From the NCBI RefSeq assembly GCF_963676685.1, contig NC_092346.1, positions 16,120,001-16,184,000 on the forward strand: DNA of 64,000 nt, given 5' to 3'. This document shows positions 61,469 through 64,000 of this stretch, piece after piece. Under the pieces are notes generated by a model, which saw only the letters and a program-made list of their open reading frames with translations, did no database searches and was not told the DNA's origin. The stretch comes from Mytilus edulis. Its lineage: Eukaryota. Numbering within the stretch: position 1 is the stretch's first letter; each line of letters begins with the position of its first letter. Both the position numbers and the translations under genes were made by a program.

Positions 61469-63778
61469 GTAAGTACACAATTCATATTGAACTCTTTTTT
61501 TATGCAGTTTTATAAAATTTGATTTTACTTACTTCTTTTTTGTCTTTAATTCTGATATTAGTGAATTGAATGTCTGATGAACAAAACATTTTTTAGAGAT
61601 GATGCGGATTTTTAATGTCTGTCCGATTGTGACGTCGAATCCAATGTCCCGTGTTCAGGGAGTACCACGCTCTTTGCACGTAACAAGCTCTTTTTGAGTG
61701 GTCCATAAGTAACCGGTTGTCTGGCAAAATTATTTCATTCTGGATTTGGCTTTTATATATCTTTCTGTGGTTTATATTTAACTATTTGGTAATTTGGTTT
61801 TAAAGATTTAACTTTTGTCTAAAATCTGTAAGAATTCATCATTTCAGCAATTTATGAAATTAATGTTTTATAGTATAAAATTGGGAAAGGAAATGGGGAA
61901 TTTGTCAATGCGACAACAACCCGACTATAGAGCAGACAACATGTACTTTTATGACGTAATGTTACACCACTGTCTAAGGTTAGGATGAAGGTTGGCACTA
62001 TGTAAAACGTTCAAACCCGCCGCATTTGTTAGCACCTGTCTTACGTGTGGAACTTGGTGTTCCATGGTTGTCGTTTGTTGATGTGGTTCATAAGTACTTC
62101 TTGTTTCTCGATTTTTTTATAGATTACACAGTTGGTTTAATGTTTGAATGGTTTAACACTAGTCATTTTTTAGGCCCGTTATAGCTTGCTAGTCGGTGTG
62201 AGCGAATGATCTGTGTTGAAGGCCGTACATTGACCTATAAAGGTTTACTTTTACAAATTGCGACTTTGATGGAAAGTTGTCTCATCGACATTCATACCAA
62301 ATCTTCTTATATCTATTAAAATTTGGGTTAAACACTTAAACATGTGGTTGAATGAAACTAATGGTTTAGTTTTCATCTATATGTTCGAACGAATCGGTAA
62401 ATAAAATGTTCTAAATTACTTAGTATAGGAATAAGAGATAATTATAAACAATATTCAAATATATAAACATAACATTATTTAAAAACAGGATTAAAAAAAA
62501 AAGCATTTGAATTCACCGAAAAAAAAGTACAGAGAGATGTGTGAGTTTACACATAATTGATTCATTTTTACCTTATTATCTGCTAGTAAAAATTGAGAAT
62601 GGAAATGGGGAATGTGTCAAAGAAACAACAACCAACCCGACCATAAAGCAATCAACAGTCAAAGGCCACCAATGGGTCTTCAATGCAGAAAAAAACTCCC
62701 GCACCCGGAGGCGTCCTTCAGCTGGTCCCTGTATTGTAGTTTTCGAAATGTATACTACAATAGATCAGATTGGAAATAACATAATATTTTCAGCTTTTAT
62801 TTTTATTAGTTTAAGGTTTCATTACAGTTAAACAGATACATTCATGACAAAACCTCCCACTTCTAGATGCTGACACAAATCAATAAAATTTACAAACAAG
62901 TAGTAGTTCGGGAAATTTCGTTTGCTTTGTTTAAAAAATGCATGTTTAACACTTGGCATTCAAATTTGTATTGCTTACCCAAAATACATCTTTATCAAGT
63001 CGATATTTAAAAATCCTTACAGGTTTTATAGATAAAGAAATATTTTACCAGTAGTTCAAAGTATATCTTAAATGTTTCATTTATATGTTTGCACATTAGA
63101 ATTTTGTACGAATTTACTGAGCAATGCACAAGACCGTACTAGTACGTATCTTTCTGGATTTGTATTTGAATTATATGTATTGTTTAAAGATGAAAACGGA
63201 AATATATTGACATGTACAACCGTAGGTGACAGTAGTTGCGAATATTTGTTGTTAACTTTTTTATTGCCTCGACATAAACTAATCCACCGTGTGCTATAAC
63301 GGTGAAACCTCACTACGAGTAACATTACAGACAGGTATGTGCATTTTCTTTATGTCGTAATATAAACAGCTATACCTATTGACAAACAAACGTATAAGAA
63401 TAGTGTGCGATTTCATTTCTAACTGATTTCAATGTACATGTATATATTATAAAGTGTTCTGAATGTGAAAGTTATAATAAGAAAACAGGTCTAAGAATAT
63501 TCACCTGGAGTGTGTAATACATTAAAGAACGAACATTACATTATTTATAGATTTTATTAGTTTGTCAATTGCATTACGATTCTGTGATATTCCGAATACA
63601 ATCCCGTGTTTGTCGAATTTTTATAATGTATCTCATCCGTATACCTCTCTTTTATATTAAGCTACTAGCGGTGGGTTTTCAAGTACTGCTTTGGTTCACA
63701 TTATCAAAGTGGAATAAAAAAAGGAAGATGCATCAGAATTAATTCGTTAACTTCTTATTATTATCTAAACCCAAACAG

Positions 63779-63924
63779 ATATATTGATATGGTATGTGAT
63801 TGTAACGTTCCCTTTTGGTCCTGGCTAAAAACAAAATCGTTTATCGTCGAGAAAGTTTCCTGTTTGGATTTTGACAGGATTTTACTGTCAAGTCTTCAAG
63901 AAAGCGATTTGGATAATTGTACAT
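63779..63924 (+). CDS. LRRCT exon (YIDMVCDCNVPFWSWLKTKSFIVEKVSCLDFDRILLSSLQESDLDNCT); gene continues past the window
   Basis: cag acceptor in phase 2, CxC...W...C...C cap pattern, and a phase-1 gtaagt donor at 63925. Confidence 0.88.
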
Positions 63925-64000
63925 GTAAGTATTTTTTATGACGATACATAATGTTTAACAAAAACTAATGGCATTTACATGTGAGTTATAAGTAACAAAT

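Overview
AT-rich, intron- and repeat-dense animal genomic DNA. The repeat families look like those of a bivalve mollusc, probably a Mytilus-type mussel (inference). Two host genes lie on the + strand. The first is a small single-pass membrane protein with a Tyr/Cys-rich N-terminus and a Pro-rich tail carrying a PPPY motif (CYYR1/Shisa-like; exons 6539-11623, first coding exon not found). The second is a secreted or surface leucine-rich-repeat protein: signal peptide plus LRRNT exon, nine 72-bp LRR exons and an LRRCT exon (36055-63924), continuing beyond the window. Between them are a full-length but decayed DIRS1-type tyrosine-recombinase retrotransposon (18036-23488, - strand, with ITRs and ICR) and a nested cluster built on (TA)n (about 27260-35300). 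That cluster holds a 2-kb head-to-head palindrome of a Penelope-like (RT + GIY-YIG) element with minimal hammerhead ribozymes, and tandem/inverted copies of a ~440-bp structured unit with Pol III A/B boxes whose ends resemble the Penelope-like 3' end. This unit is the best candidate for an undescribed system. Many non-autonomous elements are also present (Harbinger-, Transib-, Kolobok-, Tc1- and Helentron-like, a solo LTR), plus several satellites.
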